Positions 21,673-35,399 of a DNA stretch of 64,000 nucleotides are shown here, piece after piece. How positions within the stretch are numbered: the stretch's first letter is position 1; every line of letters begins with the position of its first letter. The notes under the pieces were generated by a model. The model had not been told where the DNA came from and made no database searches. It was given only the letters and a program-made list of their open reading frames with translations. This DNA is from Gracilinanus agilis. Lineage: Eukaryota. The position numbers and the translations under genes were made by a program. The DNA is taken from positions 19,414,854-19,478,853 of the forward strand of contig NC_058136.1 of assembly GCF_016433145.1 (NCBI RefSeq), given 5' to 3'.

Positions 21673-22739
21673 CAGTGGACTAGATAAGAACTTGGAATTA
21701 TCCACCAGGCTATTCTCTGCCTTCAGACCAGAAGAGTTAATTGTGCCCTTGTTCCAAAAATGGGATCCAGTCATCTTGCACTAAGGGAAGGTTGTGGATC
21801 AAAAACCTGGACTCAGGATCAATCCTGAAAAAAGAAACTTGACACTGGGTAGGGGAACAGCAGCAGAACTATCATTTTGACTGACTGTGGTTGGCCCAAC
21901 AGACATTGCCAAGGACCCTGGTCTTCCCCAGGGTTTCTACATCTTACCGAAGTTGCTATTGGACAAATCTGTTCTTGGTGTGCTAGGAAGTTCAGCTCAG
22001 ACTCCAAGCTCACTTTATTGTGGTTGATTTTGTTTTGAGATTTAAAAAAAAAGGTTCCCAGAAGGGGTTTTTTTTTTATTGTTGTTATTTTGTGACTTGA
22101 GAATCTGAGCAGGAGGAGTCAGCTTAGATTCGGGGAAGGTGGAGTGCCTGTTCACAAAAGCTTCCTCATCATCCTGAAGAGTGCCTCCAACTTCCTTGCC
22201 CCTTGATTATTGGAGGGCACAGATGCACAGCTCAGAATGACTTTATTCTGGCTGCAAGTGTCTTTACTTATTTTTAATAACTGTTTACTGTTTGGAGCAA
22301 CAAAGATGCTCCCTTCATGCCAGGAGTAGGATAATTTACTGAAACAATAAAGGTCAAGAAGAGGGCCTTGATTCAAAAGCCTTGGTGCTATACCCAGTTG
22401 GGTGTGGTACATCATGGGGTCTAACTCCCTAACTCTTCCAAAGCCTGCAGAAGAGAATGGGAGAAGCAGTTTTCTGAAGATCCCTGGAAGGGGATGGCAG
22501 TCATGTTTTTTGGCATCCACCTCCCAAAGGTCTCAGATGGGACCTCAGAACTTCTTGTTTTTCCTAATATCTTTTATTGGATCTGACAAATACAACTCAC
22601 CTATTTTCCTGTCTTCAGTGGCAGCCTGTGTTACTTCTTGAGGTAATAAACTCCTGACTTAATATATTAATTAAATAATTTTAAAAAAAGGTCACAGAGC
22701 AAGTATATTTCAGAGGTAGAACTTAAACCTAGGATTTCC

Positions 22740-23080
22740 TGGCTTAGAAGCCAGCTTGATAGCCACTATGCTGTGCCATTGTATATTAAGGTTGGAAAAG
22801 TTAGCCATAGTTGTGAACATAGCCAGGTTGTGAAGGACTTTAAATGCCAAAAGGCTTTGTATTTGATCCTGGAGGTAATAGGGAGCCATTAGAGATTAAT
22901 GAGGAGGAGAAGGACTAAATAAGATGCTACTATTGCAGTCCAGGTGAGAGCTGATGAGGGCCTGAGATAGGCCGATGGTTCTGTGTGTAGTAAAGAGGAT
23001 AGATGGGAGAGATGTTGGGAGATTTTGTACCTGTTTGGATATGAGGGGCAAAGGACAATAAAGAGCTATGAGTGGTAAGA
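22740..23080 (-). mobile_element. L2 fragment
   Basis: gaaggactttaaatgcc...tttgatcctggaggtaatagggagccatt...ctattgcagtccaggtgagag. Confidence 0.7.
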
Positions 23081-24319
23081 AGTTCCAAATCAAGACTGGT
23101 TACTACACAGGTTAGAATGTTGCTTTGCTTGTGTTACTGTGTTCCTAGTTATCACCTGTAATTTTCAAAGTTCAGCTCTAGGGCCACTTTCCCAGAGAAG
23201 CCTTTCCTCATTCCCTTCCCTCACCTGACCTGAGCCCTTTGTTTAAGGGATACCTTGTTTTTCATGCTTACTTGAAAAAGTAGTTAACAGGGAGTGCTTG
23301 AAAGTTTAGAAAGTACTCCACGCATTACCTCATGCAATCTTCTTTCGAAGAAACTGAGCTCAGTAATGGGAGGACTCGTAGGGTTAGGGAGAGCTAGTAA
23401 GTCTTGACTCAAAGCTAGGTCATTTTACTTCTGGCTTTGGTGAGAGAGAGACTGTGTGGAAGAAAGAACAGGGGAAGGAGTTGAGCTGAAGAAAGGGAAG
23501 GAATGATGAAGGGGATCTGGAGGGTTTGGGGGATTAGGAAGAAGACTAGAGATCCAATTTGGGAAGGACTTGAGAAACTGAAGCAGGGGAAGATGGAGGA
23601 CATAAGCTGAATGAACATGTTAGAGCTTACAGAGAAAGGCTTAAGGTGAAGGAGAAGGAATCAAGCAGAAGGAGCTGAGTGAGGAAAAGAAGGACCAGAA
23701 GGAGAAGCATTGAAACTAAAGGAGGACTTTGAACAGAAGGAGGAAGTCAACAAGAGAAGATAAATACAATTATGAAGTCTTGGGTGAGAACCTGAAGGCC
23801 TCAGGGACACAGGCATTATTTTCATGATTGTAGTTGAGGGGGGGGCACTTAAAAAAAGGGTAGATTTAGGAAGCGAACAGCTGGATAAAATAATTATATC
23901 TGAGAATGGGATATGGATTTCAGGACATAAAACACATTACAGGAATAAAAGTCTTTTGGTTAGGGATGGAGTGTATCTAACAAGGGTAGATAAGAATACA
24001 TCGGTATTTTTTGTGGTAGCAAAAAACTGAAAACAAAGTTGCGTACTTGCTCTAATTGGGAAATGGTTGAATTGAAGAGTTGAAACTCTGTCCTGGACTC
24101 TTTTCTTCACACTATCTTCATGATCTCATCAGCTCTCTTGGGTTCAATTATCTTCTCCATAAAGATGACACCTAAATTCACATGTCCACCACTCATCTCT
24201 TTTGTGAACACCACATTACCAGCTGTCTGCTGGATATCTCCACATTAATGTCCCACAGGCATGTAAATTTAAAAAAAATGTGCAAAATATAACTCATTAC
24301 CTTCACCACTCCTCATCCC

Positions 24320-24555
24320 CTTGTTGTTCAGTTGTGTCTGACTCTGTGACTCTGTATGGAGTTTTCTTGACAGAAATACTAGAGTGGTTTGCCATTTCCT
24401 TCTCCAGTGGATTAAGGCAAAGAAAGGGTTATATGATTTGACTGGGGTTACACATCAAGTGAGTGTCTAAAAAGATGTCTGTGGCTGGATTTGAACTCAG
24501 GTCTAAATTAACTGACTCCAGACCCTGAGCTCTACCCACTGAGCCATCTAGTTGA
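24320..24555 (-). mobile_element. MAR1-type SINE
   Basis: ttgttgttcagttgtgtctgactc...ttttcttg...gagtggtttgccatttccttctccag...ggatttgaactcagg. Confidence 0.8.
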
Positions 24556-24801
24556 TCATTCCCCAGCTTGTAACCAAACCATTTTCCTGTCTTCCCTGTT
24601 TCTGTCACTTCTAGTCACTTAGCTTCAACATTTGTTAAGTCAGAAGCACCTACTTATATTCTAGACACTTTGTATTCTTGGAATACAAAGAAAGGGGAGG
24701 AAATTATCTCTGCCCTCAAGGAAGGGTACATTGTAATGAGGGAGGCAACATTTAAGAAAGAAGGTATGGAGTTATTTATATAAGATATATGCAGAGTAGA
24801 T

Positions 24802-25211
24802 CGGGGGTGCCTAATCTTTTTTGTGTCCTAGACCTTTTTGATAGTCTGCTGAAGCCTATGTTTCCCTTCTCAGAATTCCATTTTTAAATGCATGAAATAA
24901 AATACAAAAGTTACAAGCAGGGCAGCTGGGTTGCTCAGTGGATTGAGAGTCAGGCCTAGAGATGGGAGGTCCTAGGTTCAAATCCGGCCTCAGACACTTC
25001 CCAGTTGTGTGACCCTGGGCAAGTCACTTGACCCCCATCGCCCACCCTTACCACTCTTCCACCTAGGAGCCAATACACAGATGTTAAGGGCTTAAAAAAT
25101 AAATAAATAAATAAATAATGAAAAAAAAAAGTTACAAGGAAACCAATTGTATTTAAAATCAGTTCTAAAACAATTTTTTAAAGTTCACAGACCCCAAGTC
25201 AAGAACTCTTA
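24802..25211 (+). mobile_element. Older hAT-Charlie-type MITE interrupted by a young SINE
   Basis: cgggggtgcctaatc...gaagcctatg...aaataaaataca...aaaccaattgtat...cacagaccccaagtcaagaactc, resembling ancient MER-type hAT MITEs. Confidence 0.55.
24918..25126 (+). mobile_element. Young short-form SINE1 (opossum type)
   Basis: Full length with ccacctaggagccaatacacag tail and (AAAT)n; 12-bp TSD aaaagttacaag (24906-24917 and 25127-25138). Confidence 0.92.
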
Positions 25212-25439
25212 ATCTATAAGGATCCATCCATCTTCTGTTCGGATATTGCACACCACCAAACTTAGACTAATAATTATGGAGTGTTTGTAGCAAAGCCACT
25301 TTGTGTCTTCATCCCAAAACCTTGCTAATTTCTTTTTCATTTTTCTGGTGAATTTAATTTGGCAACTGAGCACCTTCAGAAAAGAGCACTGATTCTCAGT
25401 GTCTGTGCTGGTTGCTTAGGGGGTTACTTGAAGTAAACC

Positions 25440-26140
25440 AGGAGATGAAAGGGGAAGGCACTAGTAATTGGGGGGCCTGGGCAAGGCCTGCAGGTATTTG
25501 AGATGAGTAGGTAAATTTAGAGGCATAAATAAGGGGAAAGAGCATTCCAAGCATAGGAAGCAACTAGTGCAAAGGCATGGAGATAATAGATGTGGAGTAT
25601 CATGTTCAAGGAAGTTAGAGATCAGTGTCACTGGGTCATAGAGTTTGTGGAAGGGAGTAAATTCTAAGAAGGCCAGAAAGATAGGAAAGATAGGAAGGGG
25701 CCACGTTCTGAAGAACTTCAAAAGTCAAAAGGGATTTTCTGTTGGTATATTTATTTATATTCATGTTCAGTGCAAGGCAGTCTTATTACTTCTCTCTAAT
25801 TGATTTTGTATCAACCTCATCATAGCCACTATGCCAGATCTCTTGTCAAATCTCTAGGGCCACCTACCCTGTCCTCCCATGCTTTTGGCTGAAGACTCTG
25901 CCTCACATTGAAAAAATGAGATCCTTTGATGAATGTTCCCTCTAAAACTATCTTCATTCAGCCTCTGAAGGTCCTGTTCCCTTGGCAAGGCCAACTCTCC
26001 TACATGTTCCCTCAGTCACATTCCCTTTCATTTTCTCTAACAGATTGCACCTAATATCATCCCCATCTCTCTAAATAATCTTCAGTCTCTCCCTAACTAC
26101 TGATGGCTTCTCTCTTTCCTAAAACCAAGCCATCCTCTCC
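25440..26140. mobile_element. Two L2 fragments in opposite orientations
   Basis: 25440-25740 is the purine-rich L2 3' region in reverse; 25790-26140 is pyrimidine-rich L2 RT-region sequence (ttggcaaggccaactctcctacatg). Confidence 0.55.
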
Positions 26141-26144
26141 CTCA

Positions 26145-28430
26145 ACCTTTTTTTAAATTCAGTGACATTTTATCTCCCCAGTTACATGTAAAATTTTTGC
26201 CATGTATTTTCCGAAATTGTAAGATCCAAGTTGTCTCCCTCCCTTTCTTCCCTCCCCGCTCTGTGAGATGGTAAGCAATTTGATCTGGATTATACAAGTA
26301 ATGTCATGCAAAACATAATTCCATATGAGTCATTGTTGTAGGAGAATACTCATATAAAACCAAAACCTCAAAATAAAACCATCAATAAACTAATGTAAAA
26401 GATGGTATGTTTTGATCTACATCTGGCTCCAATAATTCTTTCTCTGGGGATGGATAACATTCTTTGTCATAAGTCCTTCAGATAAGTCCTTATCCTAGAT
26501 CATTGTATTGCTGATAGTAGCTAAGTCTTTCACAGTTGATCATCATACAATATTGCTGATTCTGTGTGCAAAGTTCTCCTGGTTCTGCTTATTTCACTCT
26601 GCATCAGTTCATGTAGATCTTTCTAGCTTTTTCTGAAATTATCCTGCTTTTCATTTCTTATAGCACAATAGTGATTCCATCACTGTCATATACCACAATT
26701 TGTTCAGCCATTCCCCAATTGATGGACATCCTCTCAGTTTCCAATTCTTTGCAACTACAAAAAGAGTTGCTATAAATATTTTTGTACAAGTAGGTCCTTT
26801 TCCCCTTTTCTATCATCTCTTTGGGATACAGGCTCAGTAGTGGTATTACCAGATCAAAAGGTATGCACAGTTTTATAGCCCTTTGGGCATAGCTCCAAAT
26901 TGCCCCCCTCAATGGTTGGATCAGTTCACAACTCTACTAGCAATGCATTAATGTCTCAATTTTGCCACATCCCCTCCAACATTTGTCATTTTCCTTTACT
27001 GCCATATTGGCCAGTCTTATAGGTAAGAGGTAGTACTTCAGAGTTGTTTTAATTTGCATTTCTTTAATCAAGAGTGATTTAGATCATTTTTCCATATTAT
27101 TATTGATAGCTTTGATTTCTTCACCTGAAAATTGCTTGTTCATATCTTTTGACCACTTGTCAGTTGGGGAGTGGCTTGTATTCTTGTAAATGTGACTTAG
27201 TTCTTGATAAATTTGAGAAATGAGACCTTTATCAGAGAAATTTGCTATAAATTTTTCCCAGTTTGTTGTTTCCCTTTTAATCTTGGTTATATTGGTTTTG
27301 TTTGTACAAAAGCTTTTTAATTTAATATATCTTATAATGTTCTTTATCTCTTTGTTTGGTCATAAATTCTTCCCTTCTCCATAGGTCTGACAGGTAAGCT
27401 ATTCTATGTTCCCCTAATTTACTTATAGTATCACTCTTTATATCTAAATCTATATCCATTTGACCTTATCTTGGTATAGTGTGTGAGTGAGATACTGGTC
27501 TATACCTAGATGCTGCCATTCTGTTCTAGTTTTTCCCAGTAGTTTTTGTTAAATGGTGAGTTCTTACCCCAAATCTGAGGTCTTTGGTTTTACCAAGCTC
27601 TAGGTTGCTGAGGTCATTTACCCCTCTATATTGTGTATCTAATCTACTCTGTGGATCTACCATTCTATTTCTTAACCAAACTGTTTTGATAATTGCTGTT
27701 TTATAGTACAGTTTGAGATCTGGTCCTGCTAGGCCATGTTCCTTCACATTTTTTTCATTAGTTCCCTAGATATTCTTGATCTTTTGTTCTTCCAGATGAA
27801 TTTTGTTATTATCTTTTCTTGTTCTATAAAATAATTATTTGGTAGTTTCATTGGTGTGGCACTGAATAAATAAACTGATTTATGTAGAATTGTCATTTTA
27901 TTATATTAGCCGATCTGCTTATGAGCAATTAATAGTTTTCTAGTTGTTCAGATCTGACTTTATTTGTGTGAAAAGTGTTTTGTAATTATGTTCATATAAT
28001 TCCTGGATTTGTCTTGGCAAGTAGATTCCCAAGTATTTTATATTGTTTGGGGTTATTTTAAAAGGAATTTCTCTTTCTATTTCTTGCTGCTGGGCTTTGT
28101 TGGTAATAAATAGAAATGTTGATGATTGATGCTGGTTTATTTTGTATCTTGCAAATCTAATAAAGTTATTAATTATTTCAACTAGTTTTTAGCTAATTCT
28201 CTAGGATTCTCTAGGTATACCATTGTATCATCTGCAAAGAGTGATCATTTAATTTCCTCTTTGCCTACTCTAATTCCTTCAATTTTTTCTTTTCTTATTG
28301 CTAAAGCTAGCATTTCTGGCACAATATATTTTATACTATATATATGTACATGTATATATATAATACAATATATTGTACAAATGGTACAAATCTTGGTGAT
28401 AGTGGGCATCCTTTTTTCACCCATGATTTT
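26145..28430 (-). mobile_element. L1, about 2.3 kb 3' portion of ORF2 plus 3' UTR
   Basis: ORF track LAGPDLKLYYKTAIIKTVWLRNR and WSYAQRAIKLCIPFD...LYPKE are L1 ORF2 motifs. Confidence 0.92.
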
Positions 28431-29640
28431 ATTGTCTCCCTCATCTTTAGAAAGATTCTGCCATGCTTATCTGCTATCATCCTACATCTTTCCTTCAACT
28501 CTCAGCTAAAAACCTTAAAAAAGTCATGTATACTAGATGCTTCCACCAACCTCTCTGCTTCTCCCCTCCCATACCTTCTCTTCCTCTCCTCTCCTTTTCT
28601 CTCCTCAACCCTTTGCAATTTGGCTCAAGTGAAACAGCTCTCTCCAAAGTTACCAACCAGTGATTTCTTTTTTTTTTTTGGTGGGGGGGAGGGAGCAAGA
28701 TTTTTTTAATTTTTTTTCCTTTTTTAATTTTAATTTTGAATATTTTTCCATAGTTACATGTTTCATGTTCTTTCCTCTCCCCAACCCCCCCCCCCACTGT
28801 AGCTGACACACAATTCCACTACCAACCCGTGATTTCTCATTGCCAGATCTAATAGCCTTTTCTCAGTCCTCATCCTTCTTGACCTCTGCAACATCTGCGA
28901 CATCACTGATTGCCTTCTCCTGGATACTTTTTCCTTTCTGTTTTTGTGACACTGCTCTCTAGGATCTCCTCCTACTAGTCTGACTGTCTCCAAGTCTCTT
29001 TTGATGGATCTTCATCCATGTTTTCCCTACTAAGTCCTGGCCTTCTCTTTTCCTTCCATACTCTTTCCCTTGGTGATTTCATCAGCTCTCATGAATGCAG
29101 TGATCTTCTCTACAGATGATTCCCAAATCTGCATATTAAGCCCTTGTCTCTCTTCTGACCTCCAGTCCTGCTTCACCAACTGCCTATTGGGCATTTCAAA
29201 GCATCATGTTCCAAAGAGAACTCATTATCTCTTCTGAACCTACTTCTCTTCACAACTTTACCATTCCCGTCAAGAGCACTGTCTTTTTCTCATCCTCAAC
29301 TACTTCAAATCCCTCCTTATTGCAACCCATCCTCCACTCAGTGGCCAAAATGATTTTCCTAAAGCATCTCTCCCTGCCTGCTAAAGTCAATGAACTCCAG
29401 CGTCTCCCTATCACCTCTAGAATCAAATACTGTCATATTCTTCTCTTTGATATTTAAAGGTCTCATAGCCTGGCCATTTTCTGTGTTTCCAGTGTTCTTA
29501 CCCATCATTCCCTTTCATCTACTGTATGGGGTTCAGCTCCACTTGCCTCTCTCTACCTTTTGACTCTGTGCCATGATCCTGGCTGTCTCTCCTACCTGGA
29601 ATGCTTTTCCTTCTCACCTCCACCTCTTAGAATTTCTTTA
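28430..29640 (+). mobile_element. L2 (RT C-terminal region and 3' end) with a small nested L1 3' tip
   Basis: gaaacagctctctccaaagttaccaa...tctaatagccttttctcagtcctcatccttcttgacctctgcaacatctgcgacatcactgat; L1 tip at about 28665-28825. Confidence 0.75.
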
Positions 29641-29699
29641 GGACCCAGCTCATGTGCCCATTCACCCTGGTCTTTTACTCTATCAGTGGCACTCTCACT

Positions 29700-31380
29700 C
29701 CTCACTATGCCCTGCCTCTACAAGTTAATTCCAAACCTCCATTTTAAGGAAAGTGCCCAAACCAACCATGTCTCCATTCCTCTCTGGATTCTACTCTTGA
29801 CACTCTGGACTTTTTCAAAGTCCCTTCTCCTTGCTCTCACCCGCCCCCCCCCACTCTGTTTTGTTCTCCTGATCCTTTTTGGTGGGGTTTAGATAGAGAC
29901 AGACCTGAGCCAAGCCATCCTCCTCCTATTATTCTTTTCTGTTTAATATTCTGCAGACTACTGCAAGTTTTTTTGTGTTTCAGTGAACCTGTCATGTTTT
30001 TGTAGCTATGGTAGCAGACTTAGAGCACACGAAACCCACCCCACCACACACACACATACATCATCCCAGCTGACAGTCCCCAACTTTTATAGCATGGACA
30101 AAGGGCTGGACTTTGAAGAGGTGATGCTAATGAGGAGGAGAGAGTGGTAGAAAAGGAAAACAAGTAAGAGGAGATACTAGTTGTTGAAGAGTGATGAAAA
30201 CCTTGGGGGAAGTGGCAATTCCATTTGTTAAAAGGCAGAAGAAGAAAGCCTGACATGGTCTGACAGGTTCCCTAGCTTGTGAGATCAGATTTCAAAAGGT
30301 TCCAAGAGAGACTAGGTAGGATCCCATGAATTAAAATTCTACAGGGGAAGGTAGCCCAGGAGAGACGAGAAACTCTCAAGAATAAAATCCTGAAATTACA
30401 AAGAGAAACAATTTAGATGGGGGAGGGGGACGTGGAAGCTGTCTAAGAGACCAATGTGACTGCCTAGGGAATTCATCAACCAACTTGGATTTTAAAGACA
30501 TGTAATGAGAGCAGGGGCGGCTAGCAGAGGATCAATAGAAAAGCATGGCATGGTCCTGTAAGAATAATATCAGGGGCACTAAAGCTCAGAATGAAGAGAA
30601 GATAGTGGGGGAAGATAAAGGCAACAAAAGCAAGGTTTGGGGAAAAGAACAATGATCAAAGATAGGACAGAACAATTTCCTAGGATAGATAGAAAATCAT
30701 GATAGACAACAGAGAGAATGCAGACCCATTTAACTTTTATTTTGTTTCTATTTTCTCTGCCAGAAAAAAAAGTGATCTTTGGATTGGAAAAGAGAATGAA
30801 AATGACTAAAGGAAGTTGAAGCCCAAGGTATGTATATGTGAGTGTGTTGTAAGTGTAGACTTTGTATAGACTTGGGGAATCTTTTCTCTCAACCCCCACT
30901 TATATTGGCAGTTTGTGCCCCTCATTCATCCATTCTCCCCCAAGGTTCTCGGGTTATTCTTGAAGGGTTGGGGTATCTAAAGTAATCAGCTTGCATAACC
31001 ATTCTGGTGTATTCTCCCCAACACAAGTCACCCCTTGCAGTTACTGTCCCCCCCCCCCCCGCCCCTTATATTATTGCTTACGCCAGTGACTAGTGCTCCA
31101 GGATCATGTAGCCAGTTAGCATCATGAGTTTTTTGCAGGGGTATTTATCAAGAAGATGTCCTGAGAAGAGAAATTACAGAACATTTCCTCCCCGCTGTCC
31201 ATAGGTACCATCTCCCTAGACCACCTTGGTCCCCGGGGAGACAAGGTTCAAACTTAAAGCAGTCAAGTCCATCCCACCAAGGTCACTCCCAAATGTGGCA
31301 TAACCAGAGAACGAAGTCACTCCTTTACTTGGTAGAGATGACACTTTGGCTACCCCGGACCAAGCCGACTGATTCTAGAC
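29700..31380 (-). mobile_element. LTR/ERV-like sequence, boundaries uncertain
   Basis: Minus-strand TATAAAA near 30090 and ATTAAA near 29945, LTR-like composition; no coding motif recognised. Confidence 0.3.
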
Positions 31381-32829
31381 ATTGCTTTGGTGCACCAGAA
31401 TCAGCTGCCAGCAAACTTTGGGGTGGGCTCAAGATGTTAGCCTTCCAGTGACTCGTTCTCACAGCCTTCCAAAGCCATCTCCAGTATCATTTCACATAAA
31501 CACCGGGAAAGATAGACACAGCAAAGACAGAAGCACTAGCAGACCAGGAATGCATGAACTACAAAGCCCTGGTGAGAGTTTCCTAAGACTGCTTACCCTA
31601 TCAGGAGATAGACAGCAGCTCTGACAGGAAGCCAGGCAGAAAACAAGCATTTATTAAACACCTACTATGTGCCAAGCACCATGCTAAGCACTTTTGCAAA
31701 TGTTCAGCTCATTGGATCCGTATGATACTCCTGGGAGTTGGTGCTTTTATGATTACCATTTTACAGTTGAGGAAATAGGCAAACAGAAGTGAAGTGACTT
31801 GTCCAGGGTCACCCAGCTATGGAGTGTCTGAGGATGGATTTGAACTCAGGTCTTCCTGAATCCAGACCCGGAGTTCTCTCTATGCCATTACTTACTTCCA
31901 GGAGCAGGTTCACCAAACACACATGTTCCCATGAGCCCTCATTGACTGGTTGGTCTCCCATTACATAAAGAAGATTCTTGTCCAGCTATGGGTTGGAATG
32001 GGCTGGATGACCTCAGAGATTCTGAGTTCTGTCTTGTGAGGCCAATCCAGCCCTCTTTTCACTCTAACACAATTGAATAAGCTCACCGTGTAGTAAATAA
32101 CCCCATCCCTTTTCCAGGGAAAGACTGGCTGAGTCCAGCAAAACTTTGACTGTGAGTTCCTACAACTACATTAAAGGTGTACTGAACTAACTTTTAATTC
32201 CACAGATGTGGATGTCTCTCAGACCAGCCGATGAGTCACCGTGTGGGAGAACAGAAGATGATTCGAGAAAAAGCTTTGCTGCCGCACTCATCAAACCATA
32301 TCTCTGCCAACTGTGAACCCTTCCGCTGGGCTTTCTGAGTGCCTGCTCTACCCAAGGATACAGCAATTATGTCTAACTACCAGAGTCCTGGGGAAAAAAC
32401 ATCTTTCAAAGACAAAATATGCTTTTTCAAAAATGGGACACTTGTCCTGCATTACTGCATACACCTCTTTGGGCTGTAAAAATACAGTAAAATTGCTTTC
32501 TTCCTCACTGCTCCATGTACAACATCTCTTCTTTTTTCCTTGATTGCCAAATAAAATATTCTCGAAGTAAACAGGCAGCTGACTCTGAGAATTCTCTCTC
32601 AGCTTAACCAGTGTTCCCTTTAATTGCTTCGGGTTGTGAGCAGACAGTCACATTTCCTCAGCAAGGGGGAAAATGGAGCCCCCAAAGGGGACGCCAGAAA
32701 CACCAAAGAACACCAAGGTTTGTTCTGTTTTCCCTCAACCATTCTTTGATAAACAGAAACTGAGCTCAAAGGGATTGCAGTCCAGCCCACACACAGCTTA
32801 GTGGGAAGGTTACTATCCTGCTATGTGAT

Positions 32830-33500
32830 CAAAGTCAACACTGCCTCAGTGTGCCCTTATCACCTCTTCCCTGGACTACTGCTATAGCCTACTAATTAGT
32901 CTCCCTACTTTTGCTCTTGTCTTTCTGAGCCACCCTCCACCCAGTTGCCAGGCTATTTCCAAAAAGACACATCTGACCATGCCACTGCCTCACTCAGAAA
33001 TCCATAGCTGCCTATTTTCTCTAAGATGAAATACAAAATCCTCAGCCTGGCCTGTGGGGCCCTCCATGAACTGGCACTTGCATACTTTTCCAGACTTCTC
33101 TAATGTGATTTCCCTTCGCAAATTCTCGGTATTGGCCTAATTGCCGTTCCCCAAACTAGTCATTCCGTCCCTTGTGTCTTGTGCCTTTGCCTAGGGTTCC
33201 CCTGCATCTGGGATGAACTCCTTCCTGTCTTTCTCTTACAATCTGAGCATTCCTCCAAGACTGAGCCCTTATGGGAAACCTTTTTACCCCAAGCTTGTAG
33301 TACTTTGCCCCCTCCAGATGGCCTCCTATTCACTTCCTTGGATACACATGGTGTCCCACAATAGCATGCAGACTCCCAGAGGACAGGCAATGTCTCATTT
33401 TGGTCTTTGTCTCCTGGCACAAAGTAAGTGGCATTTCTTAAGTGCTTACTATACATCTAGGCATTGTGTGAGGTGCTGGGCTGGGGATACAGAGGCAAAA
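32830..33500 (+). mobile_element. L2 3' region
   Basis: atagctgcctattttctctaagatgaaatacaaaatcctcagcctggcc...tcctggcacaaagtaagtggc. Confidence 0.65.
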
Positions 33501-34407
33501 GAGGTATAATCCCTGGCCTTGAGGGGCTTAAACTCTATTGGCGAGGGGTGCTGGTGGAAGGGGAATGTGTTTTCTATATGACCTCCTGTAAATTTGCATT
33601 TTCTAAGAAAGAGAAAAAAGTCTGTCCCATACCCGGTATACGTAGTTACCTTGAGTGCTTGTATAGGATCTTCAAAGTCCTTTACTCATATCTGTGGAGA
33701 TCTGAATACAAGCTATACTCTGAAGGAGGCAACGTAATGTGGATAGACCTGAATTCAAATCTGGCCTCAGACATGCTGGCTGTATGACCCTGGGCAAGTT
33801 CCTTCACCTTTGTCAGTCTCCCATTTTCTCAACTGGAAAATGTTGATTATAACAGCACTTCCCTCCGAGGGTCATTGTGCAGCTCAAATGAGATCATACC
33901 TTAGCCATCTAGTGTTTGATAGACCCAAAGGTCCCAGCTTTACTGCTGGGAAAATTGGAGATGGGAGAGATTAGGTTTAGATCAACATGACACCCTCCAC
34001 CAAGATACAGTCAAAATGGGTATATGATTTAGACATAAAGGGTGATATTATAAGTAAATTAAGGAACATAGAAGAGTTTACCTGTCAGATCTATGGGGAA
34101 GGGAAGAAGTTATGACAAAACAAGAGAGAGAGAGAACTTGACAAGATTTAAAATAAAGAATTTTGATTATATTAAATCAAATGAGATCATAGTTTCTTAG
34201 CAAAGAGCCTAGGACTTAGTAGGCACTATCTCAATGTTTCCTTCCTTCCTTTCTTCCTTCCCCCCCCCCCCAAGTCAATTCTGGGTGAAGATATATAATG
34301 AACCAAGGAGAATTATCATCCTGGGTCAATCCTTAAAATGGACCTTGATCTGTTTAAACCGAGAACTTGGGACCCTGGACCACAAGTTTAGGACAAGTAG
34401 TGGCCTA

Positions 34408-34605
34408 AAAAAACCCTCCCTTCTGCCTTAGAATCAATACAAGTATCAGTTCCACAGCAGAAGAGGAGTAAGAGCTAGGTAATGGGGGTGAAGTGACTTG
34501 CCCAGAGTCACACAGCTAGAAAATATCTGGGGCCAGATTTGAATCCAAGATTTCCCATCTCCAGGCCTAGCTCTAAATTTATCCACTGAACCAGCTAGCT
34601 GCATC
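34408..34605 (-). mobile_element. SINE1-type SINE
   Basis: aaccctcccttctgccttagaatcaatac...ggggtgaagtgacttgcccagagtcacacagctag. Confidence 0.85.
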
Positions 34606-35399
34606 ATTTTTTTTAGCACCGGGGAGGGAACTTCAGTAAATACCTAGCTAGTTCAAGTCCTCCTTAACTATTTTGGCATTCTTCTTTTCCAAATCTGTGA
34701 TGTTTCCCAAACTCCTTGCCTAATCCCTCCTTCTGTAAAATTCATAGGATCCTGGAATCATAAATCTTGAGCTGGGAGGAACCTCAGAATTTTTTTCTTC
34801 ATTTGGCAGCTGAGGATACTGAGGCCCTCCAAAAGGGAAGTGACTTGCCCATGATCATATAGGTAGGAAGTAGCAGAGTTGGGATTTGAACTCGGGACAT
34901 GTCTCCAAGTTCAGTAATATAAATTCATCTCTCCAGTAAGCCATGATGCAGTGTATCACTTTTGTTTCTTCTTCCACTGACCATCACCCAAGGACTCTCT
35001 ATTGTGTTTTTCCCTTGCATTCCTAGATTTTTGTGAATAGCTCTGTCTTAATATATAATGTTTACCTACCCATTTGATCCCTTATGAATGAGATATGCCC
35101 TTTCAGAGCTGCCACAAGTAGCACCCATTGAGGGTCAATGCTACTTTTGCAGACAAAATTGGCCACTTGGGTTAGGATATTTAGTTTACCTTGTTTATTA
35201 CTTTCGTATCGGAGGCCAGGAATTTTCTTGCTGGATCTTTTCTCAGAGAGTGTCTCCTGAGAATTATTGGTCCCTTCTTCTGCCCTCCTTCCTATGTCCT
35301 CACTCCTCCTCTCTGGGATACTCAATTTGGCAGTTGTGTCTTGTAATGTCAATTTAGGCCTCTTTCCTTCCCCTCCCTTTTTCAATTTTAAGCACACTT

